Numbered from the whole stretch's first letter, positions 37,826 to 53,000 are shown. The stretch: 56,988 bases of DNA, filler included, from Sphacelaria rigidula (GCA_964200075.2; 4 parts of 4 records of this genome joined end to end with filler, not necessarily neighbours in it), one strand, 5' to 3'. Translations and numbers: made by a program. The notes: a model not told the origin generated them from the letters alone.

Positions 37826-40800
37826 TAAGATTTTTGTAGGTGGTACAAACGGCGTCACCAAGTCACCAAATCAGGACGGCATCACCGACTCACGAAATCA
37901 GGCCGGTGGGGCGTGCGGACAGGGCAAACACAAGCTTAGTGGGAGGGAGTCAACACATCTCCCAAGTCTACCCTCCCATAAGGATCCCACATCTACGTCC
38001 ATGGAGTTGATACGCGGGGATAGTTCTGCGCCAGTTCCAGGCGTTCGCAATTCTTTGCCAGCGAGGCGGATCGTGTCGAGTTCAACCGAGGTTAGAGCTG
38101 TGGGCCTTGGATACCTCGAACAATCGCGTTGGATAATCAGGTTGGTGAAATTGAGCGACTTTTGGACAACGTGAGCAACCGCGTTGATCGAACAGAGACT
38201 AAACTGGACGATACCAATGTAGATGTCGAAAGCTTGGCGATGCAGTGATGTTGCTCGCAAACAACGCGGCGGTTCGTCTGCCGGAGGACGTGTTGAACCG
38301 AGGAGGGTTGAACTGGCTGGCCTCGCGGCGCTGGCTCCATTACGCCAGGGGCTCCAGCACGTCGCATGTATCATGTATCTGATGATGTGGCACTGGCGTA
38401 GCTACACCGTTCGGCCGTGGTGCCGTCAGGCAGGCCGGCTGCACGTTTAGAGTAGCCTGGCGCGCTAGCCGGGCGCTAACGCGGCACGACGAATTTGCAG
38501 GTCCAGGACGACAGGGCGAATTTGCAGGCGCTGGTTGGGATGATCGTGGATACTGCAAGTCCGGTTCGCCGGTCGTACCGCTCGTTCCCGCTGGAGGTGA
38601 CGCGTGGCGCTCTGGGGCGGCAGCAAAGGCGACCGCCAAAGTGAGCTGGTGATGCCCGCATTAGATATACAACATATCCACTGAGCTATCAGTCAGCGTA
38701 TTATCTTGCAGCCTGGTCCCATGGCTCGCCTTTATTCTGGTATGTTGGATGTACGTGTCGATGGTGATTTCGGCGTTGCCGGGGGTGTTAACCCTTAGAC
38801 AGCGACCCCCCCGCTGGAAGACTGAGTAAGACTATCCACTTTTCGGGTTCAGAATCATTCCTTTGACACAAACCAAAACGCCTATTCTACGGCGGAAGGG
38901 TCCGGGGGTGCATATGATGCACATAGTCATGAGAGTCATCACACAGGCGCCTGCACACAGTGCAGTAGTGGTGTGGAATCTGAAGAACTGCTATTATTAC
39001 ATTACGCTGCATAACTGTGCACAGCAGCAGCAGTCTGCAGTGTTTTGTGCCGCAGCTCCACGTACCGTCTACAGCGTACTAGATCTTACAGTTTTGCACG
39101 TGTTGGGGGTACGCAGCGTGCGTGTGTGGTTTTGCACCATGACTGCCGCTGCGAACGCGCTTACGGCACGTGCCGCGCTCATCGGCGCAGCTTCACTTGG
39201 GCTACTGTTACTGAGAATGCTCACTGGGCAGCACGATCCGCCGGCATTGAGTCCAGCACGTGTCGCGGTCATCGGCGCAATGTCAATTAGGCCATTGGTA
39301 CTGAGAATTCTCACCATGCGACACGATCCGCTGGCATTGAGTCGCGGGCAGTACATTGTTTTACCCTTTCCCGCAGGCGCCGAGATCTTCAGGACAAATG
39401 GAAGTTCATTCGCCGACCGCCGTGCGTGGCGTCAACTATTTGAAGAGAGCGACCAGGAATGTGTAAACCCACGTTCCAGAGGTCCGATGTCTCAAACTCG
39501 AGGTTCCCGGTATATTTGAACGTAAATTACTGTGAGATACACCAGGAACCTCGAGGTTGAGGTACCTCTTCTGATTCCGAATAATTTCGACATCCGTTCA
39601 TTTCCAGAAAGGAATTCTCCATCCACCCTGACGTTCATAACCTCCGAGTAGAGGGGGAATTTAGAGATAGCGAATGGTGCTTTCACTTTCAAGACCAAAA
39701 TATCGCCATATCGCGACCGAAGCGTTCATTAACACCTATAGTTTATAATTACTGCGATTGTTATGCAGGTTCTCACGACCCATCCTCAATAGTACCTGCT
39801 CCCGCGAATTTTCAAACCCCCTGTTCTCTGTTACCGATACTGCTGAAATAGAACGGGGTGGTCTCCGCAACGCTAATTTGCTCGAATCTGCTTTTCGCTA
39901 TGAACGTTTGATTCAGTGCAAATGTGCAAGTATTTCTGCGGGCAGGATGGCTGACACTATCACCATAATTTTTCACGGTTCGGACGAATCATCACCAGTT
40001 CGAATCACCGAATCCACGCTTTTTGCAGGCCTGATTGCTCGGAAGAGAGAAAATCTTGACCGCTGGTCCAAATGATCTCTATGCAAATTTTGCGTCATTC
40101 CACGTGCCTGGGCAGCGCGTACCTGGGTTGCGACGCTGGAAAAAAAACCTAGGGATTGATTCGTAGGGTACGAATCAATTACACTAAAACCAAGTAATAT
40201 CCAGGCGAATCGTTAATTCGTCCGACCCTTGTAATTTTCCGTTAGATTAGAGACCTTGACCACAGCGGGCGAATTATGATGTAGGATGAAAGTAAGTCTC
40301 CCAATTACGGCGAGGGACCCCTCGCCGGGGGGGGGGAGCAGGGGGCGTCCTTATTTTTTGCTTGCTTCAGTCATCCAGGAGGGGCGGGGCATTTTTCATG
40401 AGAGGTACCTCCCACGGCTATGGTAATATGGCGCCGGATTGCACCGACACCAGAATAATGCACAGCCGACAACAAGGCGGCACACGAAGCCCCATCGATG
40501 CATACCCGAAAATGATCCGCATCGTCCACGTCTGAGAGTCGCCCATCGGCCACAAGGCATCCGGTTCTCGCCAGTCGATGAGTGGAGAGCTTCGAAGGCG
40601 AGCCGGACGCTCGCCAACCACTTGAACCCCCGTCAATTTAGAGGTCTCAGAAGCCGATCTAAGAAAACACCTAAACACGCGCCAGGATCACTCGCCCGTC
40701 GGCGGAGTAACCGCCGGGTGGAGAGACCGTGATCCTGCGTGCGTGCCGCAGCAAAGCACGGTACGGGAACACTCGGATTCCAAAAGTGCACAAATGAAAA

Positions 40801-42719
40801 AGGTCGGACCGTGGAATGATTGCTACTGAAATATCCTCATAGGTCCTCCAAGGATCAAGCAGAGGCAACGCAAAAACGTCCTCGTTAAACAAACGGTCTC
40901 TGCGCCGTCGCTTCGGCGCGTATCGTCGTGAACCGAAACCCAAGTCCTATGGCAGAATTAAAACAAGACACAAGACCGAAAATACAAACGACCACAGGGG
41001 AAGCGTATGTGTAGACCTCCCTACCACAGGTATAAACCACACACACCCAGCCCCCAAGAGACCGAGATACTATACTTACAATCACAGACACCGACAACAA
41101 AGAACACACACAGACGAAGGCTACAAAAATACGAAGAAAGCCGAGAAGGAGGACAAAAACAAATCAGCCCGCCGAACACCGCGTCACAGAGGACAACTGA
41201 ACCACGCAATACGAGCCGCCTCGTACCCAGAACCCACGGCCCAAGTCCGCGACTCAGTGGGCCAAACAGGGATACCTTGTGTGCGAAGTGCCGAATTTAG
41301 CACACGAATCCATACTCCGGCATGGAGCGCAACACATCCGCAAACCCCGACAGCAGCCGTCCTCACGGTTCGCTGCCGCCCCCAACACCACAACGCGTCG
41401 GCGCCGACACGTGGAGACAAAGAATTCACCACGACCACAGAAGGATGTAAAATTCGTTGTGACAGGCGGGTAGGAACCGTCACCCCAACTACCGGCGGGG
41501 CAGACTATCGTGGATCCAAAGTGAGGTTTAACTTCCCGCCCCCCCCTCCGTCCATTTATCACGGAGTTGTTACATCCTTCACACCGACAGCGTGGAGGCT
41601 TCCCGTAGACGCCTGGCAAATCCACACGACCCCCTATCCCACAGCTACGCGAAAGCCTCGCGTACCGCCGACGGAATCTCTCCATCCCCGACCCACAGGG
41701 TGTGGCATGCCGCGGTGAAACAGTCCCGCCGAGGTATCTGCACCCTCCGTCCATGTGCTCCAAGCGATTTCCTTGGCCTGAAGACCGCCTGCACAGGGAG
41801 TCAAGGGTTAGAGGTGACGGGCGCGGGACGGACACGGTGAGCGCAATGAAATATTGAAGACAGAGAGAAAGAAAACAGCGCGAGTATCGTGTGCATCGCC
41901 GAAGGTGTGGCGCGGATGCAGTGTGCATCACGCAGCGCACGCACAACGTGCGCTAGCCACGACTTTCTGTCGCCGGAATGGCAGGCATGATCAGAATTTG
42001 GTGTGGGAGATGGGCGATGAAGTACGGAGGCATGAGGTAGTGTTCATGCCATAGCACAGAAACGGCGAAGACGAGATAATATGTGAATGCGAACCCGCGG
42101 TTCGACAGAAAACTACTCGTATCGTAGGACAATACTGCTGCCACGCCCTGCTGGTGTCATGGGACTTTTATCACCAGTTGGATGGACGAAATGTGGATTC
42201 CATCCCCCAAGGTTTGTCTTTACTTTGTGCATGTGAGCTCCCAACTTCATTCCGATATCACTTGTTTCGACAAAAACATGGCCCGATCGCGTAGCACTAT
42301 TAAAAGATACGAGTACTTTCGTATGCGGTGGCAGTACTGTACACGGGTTAGGAGCTCTCACTAGGGCTTTCGACAGAAAATACATGTAGAAAACACCGCA
42401 ATCACCAAACCGTTGAAATCACTATGTTTCGTAAATTCCGCACCGCGTTCGAGCATAGGGTCGACGCACTTGGTGGCCGTCTCGACATCGAGAACGCGCT
42501 TTGACGGAGGCGTCTATGACACTTCGCGCACCGACGGCATAACGTGCTGAGGGAGTGTCTTGCAGCATTCTTCCATCGAAAAAACAAAAACGGTGGCAAG
42601 TAATTTTAGCGAAATTCGATCTTATAACTCGATTCGGGTCGAAGCGAATTTTCAAGCTTCCCCGTCCTCCGACGAAGGCCATGACCGGTCTTGTCGGTAC
42701 GGCGTGGGGAGGGTTTTTT

Positions 42720-42819
42720 NNNNNNNNNNNNNNNNNNNNNNNNNNNNNNNNNNNNNNNNNNNNTTAATTAATTAANNNNNNNNNNNNNNNNNNNNNNNNN
42801 NNNNNNNNNNNNNNNNNNN
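42720..42819. other. Artificial contig linker
   Basis: Same 100-nt structure. Confidence 0.97.
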
Positions 42820-43119
42820 TAATATACAAACGTGCCAGGTTGGACCCTGGAGCCCATTGCTATTTTTTTAATGAAATGCTTCATAGTGGTTTTGCTGATT
42901 ATTGTCGATGGATATAATTGGACACACTTCATCCGTTGCGTGGTATGATTAACAATCCTTACCCCAATTCTCCAGGGAGGACATTCTTCTCCGGGCTTCC
43001 ACTATAAAAATGGTAGCCGTCGGCCTATTCTATTTCCATGTTTTCCTCTTCGTCAGGGCTTCTCATAATAAGGCGTTTGGCCAGGGGACAGGAGGGGAGG
43101 GTTCCAAAATGGTTAAAAA

Positions 43120-43644
43120 AACTGTCGGGTACCGGTTTGAAAGTCTGACAAAAATTATAGGCCTTGTCGACTACGGTATGGAAGGCTTGCAGAAAAATCG
43201 TACCAGAAATCAAGTATACCTTCAAGAGCATACCTGCCCTCCAGGTGAGGGTATATATTCTGTACAGAACTCACAGAACTATCGATTAACTCTTAGACGA
43301 CGAGAGTAGGTCATTGTTGAATCGGCATCAACTTCACTTGAAAAAGGTATGCGTAGTCCAGATGGACTACCCTCGCGGTTTAAGGGTCAAGGGTATGGGA
43401 GGCTTACAGAACTCACAGAAACTGTCGGGTAGGGTCTGGAGGTTGAGGTTGCACAGAAAACCGTACCCGCGACCGGGTATATCATCGGGAGCATACCCGT
43501 CCGCCCGGTAACGGTACGGGAATCCTACAGAGATTACGAAAGTATCGAGTAAGGGTATGGAAGACTTAAAAGAAGTCACAGAACTGTCGGGTACGGTGAA
43601 TACCCGGGAAAATACCCCGGATATACAGGAAACCGTACCCTACA
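43120..43644 (+). repeat. Dispersed repeat built of acagaactcacagaactgtcgggta-type subunits, copy A
   Basis: Colinear with 49590-50071: cttgtcga.tacggtatgg.aggcttgcagaaaaa.cgtacc ... gaaaccgtaccctaca. Shorter relatives lie near 17960-18130 and 19700-19800. Confidence 0.8.
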
Positions 43645-44829
43645 AACACGACCTTGGTATCATCATCATCCCTGTGGTGGGACCTACATCACAACAGTGG
43701 CGAAATACATGACAGTTCACGAAAACTCTGAACGGCTTCACGGGGTTGATAGATAAATACTACACGAGCAATCGTAGTAGCATATGTGCACGGGATCATC
43801 AACATCTATCGGCTTCACGTACACTCCCAGAGAGACATGAAGGAGCATTGACGGCTGGCCGCTCTCTGAAAGCCCTTCGGCACTCGACAAAATCGCCGAC
43901 GGCCTCAACTTTCGGTGGCAGCTCATACTCCTTGTTATGCACGTCGAGAACGACCACGACACAACCACCATCAACGTCGATGACGTGCGTCTCGCTACTT
44001 GATCCCCTGGTGGCGCACATGAATCGCCTCCGCTCGAGCCACCACTCGAGTGCGGGGGTGATCAATCCTGACGGTCTGCAGTGCTGCACTCAACGGTACT
44101 TCGTATCCCGTCAGATTCCAAACTTGAAAACTTTCCAACATTGAATTTTTGTTCTGTGCAGTTTTGAACGAAGGAGTTGGGAGGATTAATCGGAGGTGAC
44201 GTACAGAGGAGGGGGCCATCGGGCAAGCGGGGTGCGTAGGCACCCCTTGGCAAAGTGTGCGTCGGCAGACCTCGAATCGACGCCGCAGGGGCCGATTTCG
44301 ACAAAAATACGTTCTGGACGAGCTGGGTCCACGGTTCACCTGCCCCAAACCATATTTTCTCAGAACTTTCTCAAGTCTCGAATAAAGTAGTCATGCTGTC
44401 AACCATAGATCGACGTCCGGAGCTGTAGGGGTCTACTGCAGTCTTGCGCGTGAAGAAAAATGAACAAGTTTCAGTGTGCCTGGTCGCGTACAAAAGTCAT
44501 AGTACAATGTTTGAGCTCAAATCAGCCGCAGAGCACGCACATTTAGCGTGATAGTTGCGCCCCAACGCGGAGGGGTAGGAGTCCACCAAGCGGCATCGCT
44601 GGAAAGCTTAATTCAAGGCAGGACCGTCGGTGCCGAGGTTTGGCTGCAAACGTGACTGTTTCCGGAGTTGTATGGTATGAATCGTGATGCTTTGCATTGC
44701 TGCGTGGCGACCGCAATGGAACGCCACCAGACGCCGGCCATGGAGGCTAACCGGCGGGCTGGGGAGGCGTAGAGGGTAGTCCATAATGTATCCAGTCCTT
44801 CTGAAAAATAATCATGTCAGTGGTGCCGG

Positions 44830-45175
44830 TCGCCCCAGTGGCTCAGTTGGTAACTTCGAAACCTTCTGACGGATGGGTCGTGGGTTCAATTCTCGGAGTG
44901 AACTGGGATTTTTCTCACACCATGCTCAACAGTGGAGAGCGACCATGTCGTGGGTACACAGACTTCGACTTAACGGTCGACGAGGGAAAGGCACTGCTGA
45001 ACCCCTCTCGCGGTAAAAAATAAAGGCAAGTACTGCAGAAGTAAGGTAGAGTACAAGAACAAAAATCCTGTGTTGACCTTCCTCCTGTGTGACCCCGGCC
45101 GGTGCGTCTACATATACCGAAAGGTGGAGACCGGCGTCCAGAATAGATGGGACCACAACACAAAACACGCAACAC
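44830..45175 (+). mobile_element. tRNA-derived SINE, copy 1
   Basis: The head gccccagtggctcagttggta...gggttcaattctcgg carries Pol III A- and B-box-like motifs. The ~270-bp body is shared with 54197-54567 and is followed by a CA-rich tail. Confidence 0.75.
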
Positions 45176-46139
45176 AAATGGTGCCTGCGCGAGGAAAAGC
45201 ACAGCAAATGTTTGCATGCACGTTCGGTGGTAGAGTCGGCGAGATCGAACTGTGAACAATGCTGTAGTAAACTGCGGCATAATAGAGTGAATTTCGATGC
45301 AGTCATGTATGATATTGCTGTGCACCATTATACTGCACTTCAGCATACTGTATTCAGTAATGTACTGCTTTGTATTATACTCTTCTGTACTGCACTGAAC
45401 TGAACCACACTGTACTGTTATGTCCTGTAATGCCCCGTCCCCTACTGCATTGTTACCGACTCCTCTGTACTTAGCTGCCCCATATGGAGTAAGAATGTTT
45501 TGTGATATTGAGAGTGGAGGATACGTTCGAGAGTAAGAAGCGGTCAATTCATGAATGAAGAATTTCAGTTCCGAGATATCCCTCCGTTGTAGCCTGCCAC
45601 TGTCCTTGATATACCCGAGTATGGTAGAGGCGTTAGCTGTAAGCTCACGCCAGTATACAAGCGAACAAAAGAACACTCAGAATAAAAAAATGGTCGAGGT
45701 AGAGCGAATGATATAACCCGCTCTCAACCAACGCTCTACTGCCAATGTCACGGACACACTGTTGTACGTAATCGTCGTGCCGCCTCCTAGGGTGGAAGAC
45801 GGCGTCGGCGTGTACATCGGGGTTGCGATAAGGGTCGCATTCGACGCGGATTTGTGTATGTGACGCTAGCAATCCAGGACATAACCACGGGTTCGATGGT
45901 TCATCGCTCACTGCGGTCCTGATCGACAGGTGTGCTACCATGAACACGCCGCGGGGGGAACGTTGCCGAATAGGCCGTGACGCCGACAAAGAGGGGGTAG
46001 GCGCCGTGGAGACACCGGTGAGACGTCCATGTTGCCCTGCACAATGTCTGCATCGCTTTGTCGTCCGCGTGTTGAGCACACGTTGCCAGAGTTTGAAACC
46101 ACCATCGTTATTCTACGCATGGCGTCCTGTCTCAGGACG

Positions 46140-46775
46140 AATGTTTGGCGGGCTTCCCGCGAGAATATGAGTGCCTTTTCCAGTAATTCCTGATGAAAAA
46201 CGATTGCCCCAAGACCGCCCGGTGTTGTCGTGTAGCGACTACCAGTAACAGCCAATTGCATACAAAATATTGTTCACTACAATGAGCTTGTAGCCGCAAA
46301 CAGTGCTTTCCCCACACTTTCAGTGACGGTGGCCGAGGCGTTTTTTGTTCGCCTAATGCCCCTCGGCCGCGTACACAATATTTCAGCGCGTTGTACCGAA
46401 CCCGTCAGCTTACAGCGCTGAGCACAACCGCGCTTGACCCCCCCCCCCCCCCCCAAGCGAAATCAGGGTAATATGAGGGTTTCGCTCCGTACGGTACTCT
46501 TACGGCTTCGGTGAAAGGCGTGGAATAAAGTATCTACGCTGTCGGGGTGCATTTAGCCGAAAACAAAGTCACCGAGAATAGTAACCGAAAGTGCGGCGAA
46601 AACACTGCTTCCGGGTTGGAGCTCGTTCTTGTGAACAATATCTTACTCAGGAATCGGCTGCAACTGGTGGTCGCCAAGCGTCAACACCACGCGGTGTTAC
46701 GGCAATCGTTTTGTATCGGAGACTGCTCCAAAACAATTAGATCTTCATTTTTCGATGGGAGCCCACCCAACAGGA
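46140..46775. repeat. Degenerate ~190-bp inverted repeat (arms ~46140-46330 and ~46580-46775)
   Basis: The reverse complement of the left arm (gaaagtgtggggaaagcactg...gtgaacaatat...ctggtagtcgc...caacacc...ggcaatcgtttt) aligns by eye with the right arm (gaaagtgcggcgaaaacactg...gtgaacaatat...ctggtggtcgc...caacacc...ggcaatcgtttt). Confidence 0.7.
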
Positions 46776-49589
46776 CTCATCGTACACCAAGCGGCTGTCA
46801 CGTGGGCGACACGGGTATCTCAACACCGTCTGGTGTCTTTCGGCCGACGTTTTGTTTCCTCTTGACACTTGTTATCTATGCTGGTGGTATACGAAGAATA
46901 TGGAGCACACGCGCGGGGGGGTGGGCGCTTGCGAAGAATCCCACCGTGCGAGTGGTATATATGAGGAGGAATATTTTGCGAGGCATTGCTGGAGTCCCTT
47001 GCACGCCAGACACTGCGGGGAATGACGAGAGCGCTCCGCGAGGCGATCCTGTGTCAACAGTAAGGATGGCGCCAAGGTCGCATGGGGCGAACTGGTTATC
47101 CTACCCCAACATGCAACATGCACGACTAGCAACTCTTACGCCGTCCGTGTGGAATACGCATGTTTACTGCGCGTAGTTGGCATACACTCGCAACGTGGTA
47201 GGTGGGGAACACCGGAGCGTGAGGCCGGCGATGAAGCGGGAGTAGCGGGCTACTAGGCTTTAGGGCAGGGCTGGTGAAGTTGTCGGGGGTGATGTATGTC
47301 GTAAATTATGGTATGCCATCCCACGCACGTTGCACTGGCGACAGGGCTGTTTGTTGACGCGCCGGTGACCGTATTTTCCGGTCGGGTGATCATGACGCCG
47401 AGTGTGCAATGATTCACGACTATGAGGAGATTCGATTCCGATATTAATGGAGCTGGCAGCACTGCAGGCTGTCCCACCGTGTAATTGGAAAATGGGGTGT
47501 GTGTACGAAACGCAGGATGACTTGTGTGCAAAGAGCTTCGGAATTTCATCTTCCCCATCCCCAAGCGGTCGCTGACCCGCAGGCCAACAACAGGGAAGGT
47601 ACGACATACCGCTGAAGGCGTCACGATCGCGGGACGGCAGTGTTGCAAACAAAATATCTTCATCCTCCCGCTTGTGGGCAACACCGTTCCTGAAATGTCT
47701 GCCCCGTGTATATATCATGTGTGCCCGCCGCGCCGGCGTCTGCAGTCTATTTGCAACATCTTTTCTGCATCGATTCTTCCACGCGGCGGGCCTCCGTCCA
47801 ATACTAAAAACTCACGTCCGGGAGTCACCGTTGAAAGTGTGCAGGAACATTTCCCCCATGTTTGGGATACTTCTATCCGTGGCGAGCGGTGGTGGCTGGC
47901 CTAGGCGGAGATGTCTTCACTGTTCGATGCAGTATGGAGGAAGTCCTTTTAGAGGATAACAAGGCGCTTCCCTTTGGTTACAGCGGGAGATACATTTTAA
48001 TCGATAGACCGAAATGCTCGCACGCTAGCAACACCCAAGACCTATACCCCACCGCAGGGACGTTTTGACGTTTTTTTCATATTCTGATGCTCTGTGCTGT
48101 AGGAGCCTCTCCATCCCAAACATGTCGTGGGCGAGCCTTAATGTGCAGCCTCAGAAGAAAGTTTTTGAACTGAAATGTGCACCCCTACCTTCGTTTGACT
48201 CGTAATCAAAGTGTTTCTCGGATGACGCTCGCACCCCCGTGTTGCAACGGCTGCAGGAAGGTGCTCCGGCACACCCCCACCTCCTCCCGTGCCATATAGG
48301 CAAATGTTTTCGCAAGGTTGCAACTGTACCATCCGATCGACAGCTAACCATAATTTATTGATGAGATGTTATCAGCTTTGAGATGCCCCTCCGAGCCTTG
48401 TGCGAGGTGGTGATCATCGTTTCCTTCATACTTCGCCACCGGGGCTTTTGATATCCCGGAGAAGGATATGGGCGCGTAGATGAGGGCGCACGACAGCTTT
48501 GCAGGGTACGAACAGCACACACAAAATCCATCAAGTAATTTGTCTTAAAAATACAACCCCCCGCCCCCCCCACACACACTCACCCCCCGAGTCCATGGTA
48601 GACTTGTTCACGTTCACCTGAGTTTTACATGTTCATTGCTGCTGCCGGGTGGATGATGTAGCCTGTAGTCATCATTGTACGGTGACTTCATCTTCCGCAC
48701 ACTGTCCGAGAGAGCGCTTGCGGGCCCCTACACATTAATCGACATTTCTGACACGGAAGAGTCAGAGTGAAGATACGACGGCTCCATGTTCTGTGTTCCT
48801 CCACGCGGGATATGCGGCGTAATCATTCCTGCCATATCTTCCCTGGCCGACTCCTATTATTTTGCAGTTTTTTGCCGCCAACTTGGTTGTGAAGTTCTCC
48901 GCCGAGGGTGTCTAACCAGCCGTGAAAATTGGCACAGGAGTTGGGTATGATGCACCCTACATGTACACCAAGCGGCGGCCCGTTTCGTCCCTGCGGGAGA
49001 AATAGTACAAGTCATGATATATATTTTCGTGATATTGACCATACGCCCCCCACACGGCCTCCCCGTGGCGAAAACTTCGGGCACCCACCCTTACTACACT
49101 GACAACCACATCATGAGCCCTTGGACGGCTGTAGCACTGGCAAACAAACATCGATCTGTACTGGGACGCCCGCTGGAAAATGACAATCTCTGCGAAATTG
49201 AGGAACACACTGCCTTTAGAGTAGCTGAGGTGCGGAGGAACGCCCATACGTGCGCTGTGGGTGCTTTCACGCGCTGAAACTTTGGCCACATGTCCTGTGA
49301 AGAATAGTCAACAAGCCCATATCCTTTCATCGCCGCTTGCGCGGTGCAGCGCCTCAAACGGGGGCGAAAAAGGGTCAGATTAGATCCCGAAATAGATATA
49401 TGTATATATGTATATATGTATATATGTATATATATATATATATATTTCTTCACGCACAAGACTGTACTGGTTGATAGATGGGAGGTACGTGTTCAGGTCA
49501 TGAGGTTGTGTTTGGATTTAATCTATATCCCTACCCCCTCAAGGTATATACCTGTGCTCATGCCTGCAATGGAGTATTTCCACAACGGT

Positions 49590-50071
49590 ATACCCTAGCC
49601 CCGGGTGGGGGTATGGGAGGCTTACAGAGCTCACAGAACTGTCGGGTACCGTTGACTGGATGAAAATGTAACAGAAATTACAGAACTTGTCGAGTACGGT
49701 ATGGGAGGCTTGCAGAAAAACCGTACCGGCAATCGGATATACCTTCAAGAGCATACCCACGCTCCACGTACGGGTAAATATGATGTACAGAACTCACAGA
49801 ACTGTCAAATAAGTGTATGGGAGGCTTACAGAACTCACACAATCTGTTGGGTAAGGTATGGAGATTGCACAGAAAACCGTACCCGCAGCCGGGTATCTAA
49901 TCAAGAGTGTACCCGTGCTCCCCGGTAACGGTACGGGAGTCTTACAGAGATTACAGAAGTATCGGGTAAATAAGGATATGTATATGGAAGTCTTTTAGGG
50001 ATTACAAAACTGTCAGGTATGGTGGATACCCGAGAAAATATCCCGGATGTATACAGAAAACCGTACCCTAC
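49590..50071 (+). repeat. Dispersed repeat, copy B of the same family
   Basis: Shares long blocks with 43120-43644. Confidence 0.8.
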
Positions 50072-53000
50072 AGAAGACAACAGTGAAATGATGAAATGAT
50101 CAATATCGCGGGAAGATATTACTAAACCAATAATCATATCGTGATAGTGTATACTACAGACAGTATAAATAGTGGGAACGAGCGCGAATAAATTCCGATT
50201 AATAGCCCCTGTGACATGGTGAAACCACTCTGAATTTGGATCTATATATGAATCGAGGTTATCCGGGACTAATTTCTCTGCAGATCTCCCGTATCCCCTC
50301 CGCCATGCAAATAAGCTTGCTGCCTTGGTTGACAAATCAACTGTTTCGAACGCAAAGGTACATGAGCTGTTTACGGCGATCTGGGGGGGTTACTGAACTG
50401 CCGGTGTATGAGAACACAGGAGACTTCACCCCAATCGTTTGACCTGGTATCAATCATGATCAATTGAAGTCAAAGATGTGGTTGTGTGGGGAATGGACGC
50501 GGCGGAGACATGCCGTTACCGACTGTTTTTGGTCATCAAACCTGTGCTTGGTTGAAATAGAAAGACTTTCACCGCGTACAAGGGCTGATGGATGCTAACC
50601 TGTTGTGATGGGAGTACGTTACGCGGTAGCAAAACGGACTGCACTGCAACTATCTAGGGCCTGTAGTAAGAATGAGGTAGACATCGACGGGTTTACTTCA
50701 GATGAGGGGGGGGGCAGTGCGCGCGCGCGCGCGCGCTCGCGTGTTTGTGTTGTGATACTGTGGTGTATTGGGAGGTGATAAAACAAGAGGCGAGCGGGCA
50801 GTTTCCGAATGAAATGGTCGGCACAACTTCGCTGCTTGGAGGATGAAACGATACACGGTACTCGTTCATTGCAATACACTACGTAGCGTAGCGTACCGTA
50901 CCATACTGTCTGCGCCGCAATGACTGTGGAGGGCGTGCTGGATGATTCGTGCGTGGACTAATGTTATCAACAAAGTTCTACAGGCTGGTGTGCTGTTATG
51001 CATCTCTTTCACGATAGGAGACTAACTGAACGTGTGACTGCATGCTATTTAGTGTCATCGGATGCTCGAGCGCGGTCCACCGACACAACAGCAGACAGTA
51101 AAGTGACTTGCGCCGAAATCAGTACCGGTAGAGTTAATCGTTTATCCCAAGCTGTCGCCAAATATTGAGCTGGGCCAACCTATGCTTTACCCAGCGTACC
51201 CTCTGCGTAAAGCATCTCACCTGAGGGGTTCGCGGCTTCAGGGGTAGGGGGTTGGCTTAGAGTTCGGGGGTCACCGCATGTCTCACCGACGAGCGTTGGC
51301 ATATCTGGTGAGTTGGGTTGATGCAACTCCGCCCCGTCCCTACCCCCCCCCCCCCCCCCCCCCACACAACACCGTGTAACATTCTTTTTCGCAAAGAAAG
51401 ANNNNNNNNNNGGTTCCCCGCTTGTCCCACCGACGGGCGTTGGCATATCTGGTGAGTTGGGTTGATGCAACCCCCCCCCGTCCCCCCCCCCCCCCCCCCC
51501 CAGATGAGATGACGTCTTGTGTCATTTTGTGTCCAAGGTACATTATAGTACTTCGGGGAAACAGCGGCATAAAACAATACAGCATGCCGACACTCTCACC
51601 CAAATGGAACGTGTTCACAACGCGTGGCAGCAACCACAAGAACACGGCAGCGTACCACGATGAGGTTCATGATGGGATAAGAGGAGACGCCAACCGCTCT
51701 CATTCACTTTATACGTGCTGATCCAAAAATAACATGTGCCACAAAATGTCTGTGCGCCTTGCCCATGTGGGCAGGTGAAAATTCAAGGTTGGAAAGAGTA
51801 AACCAGACCGAACACGGCGCCGGCAGTATACAACAGTACCGTTAACACATGAAGGGACTACTGCGCTGTGCTGTTGTTTGTGTAGTAGTTCTATACTCTA
51901 CTCTCTATTGCACCGACGTTATTGTCGCATTTATACACCACAAATCACCCAGTGTCGTCGGGCACAACCCAACGGACACTACACGAGGGATTCACTGGCA
52001 CGGTGGATAATTGATTCACTGACACGGGGGATTCACTTGCATACTGTAACGCAGTAGTGACTAATGTCTGCAGTCCGGTGTACCCTATGTACAAGTGATA
52101 CCAGCAACGCAAGCAGTACCTTGAGATGCTCCACATGCTCCACTGTGCTCTTCGGCTTGGGCAACGCGAACTCCGAATCATCGTAATAGTCATTATCTTC
52201 GTCGTCCTTACCAGCCCACAAACCGCAGCATGCTCTCCATCCCATAGTGAAATTATTGAAGTGTAAGCCGTATGCTCTGCCTCGCAAGCAAGGGATTCAA
52301 TCGAAGGATTCTACCGTAGTAATAAAGGCGGCCGAACTGTTGTGGGAGACTGGCTGAAAGGGTCAGGGCTCGTACATATTGTTTTTCAAATAACACCTAG
52401 ATCCAGGTTTTTCTCAGGCCCGTGGTTTTACACGTACCCAGTGCCAAGTGCGACAACAGTCCCGAAAGTTTGACATGCTGAACTATCTCCTTGCACATTG
52501 TGTTGTTTGACAATGAATAGTGGGTTTGGGAGGAAACTCTTAAATTTTATTATTTTATTAGCGGAACAGAGATACTCGTGCATCGATCAGGGGTTCTCCG
52601 CAAACAATGATCCCCCTTTTGACAAAAACGATCAACCAGAACACTACGGACACCGAATATCTTTCTGCAGTTTCGCAGGCAAATAATCCTGAACGTGAGT
52701 TTTGGAATGATGGGCCATGCGACTGACGGGAACGGACGTAGGGAAGTAGCGAATATCATGGAGCCAGCCGAGTTGACATCAAAGGGTATGACACACAGAC
52801 CTGTTGTGTGTGTCATACCCTTTGGTTGACATCGTCATGCAGTAGAGTACCGCAGCAACCCCCATGACATATTCCCGATGCCTTTGCTGCTGAGAGATGG
52901 ATGTACGCGACCTGTCACTCAAAATTCATGAATGACTGAACCTGGACTGTTACTCATAGAGGTAACGAATTAGTTAACTCGTTAGCGAATGCATGCATAG

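Noticed and set aside
37055-37861. 268-aa minus-strand ORF
   Set aside because: It is a read-through of the 265-bp tandem repeat that changes frame between units and has no recognisable domain.
44830-44900. Functional tRNA gene
   Set aside because: The cloverleaf pairing is poor and the head is attached to a body shared with a second copy, so SINE is the better reading.
51270-51500. Direct repeat around a short N gap
   Set aside because: The duplicate flanks an internal gap next to poly-C tracts and may be an assembly overlap artefact.
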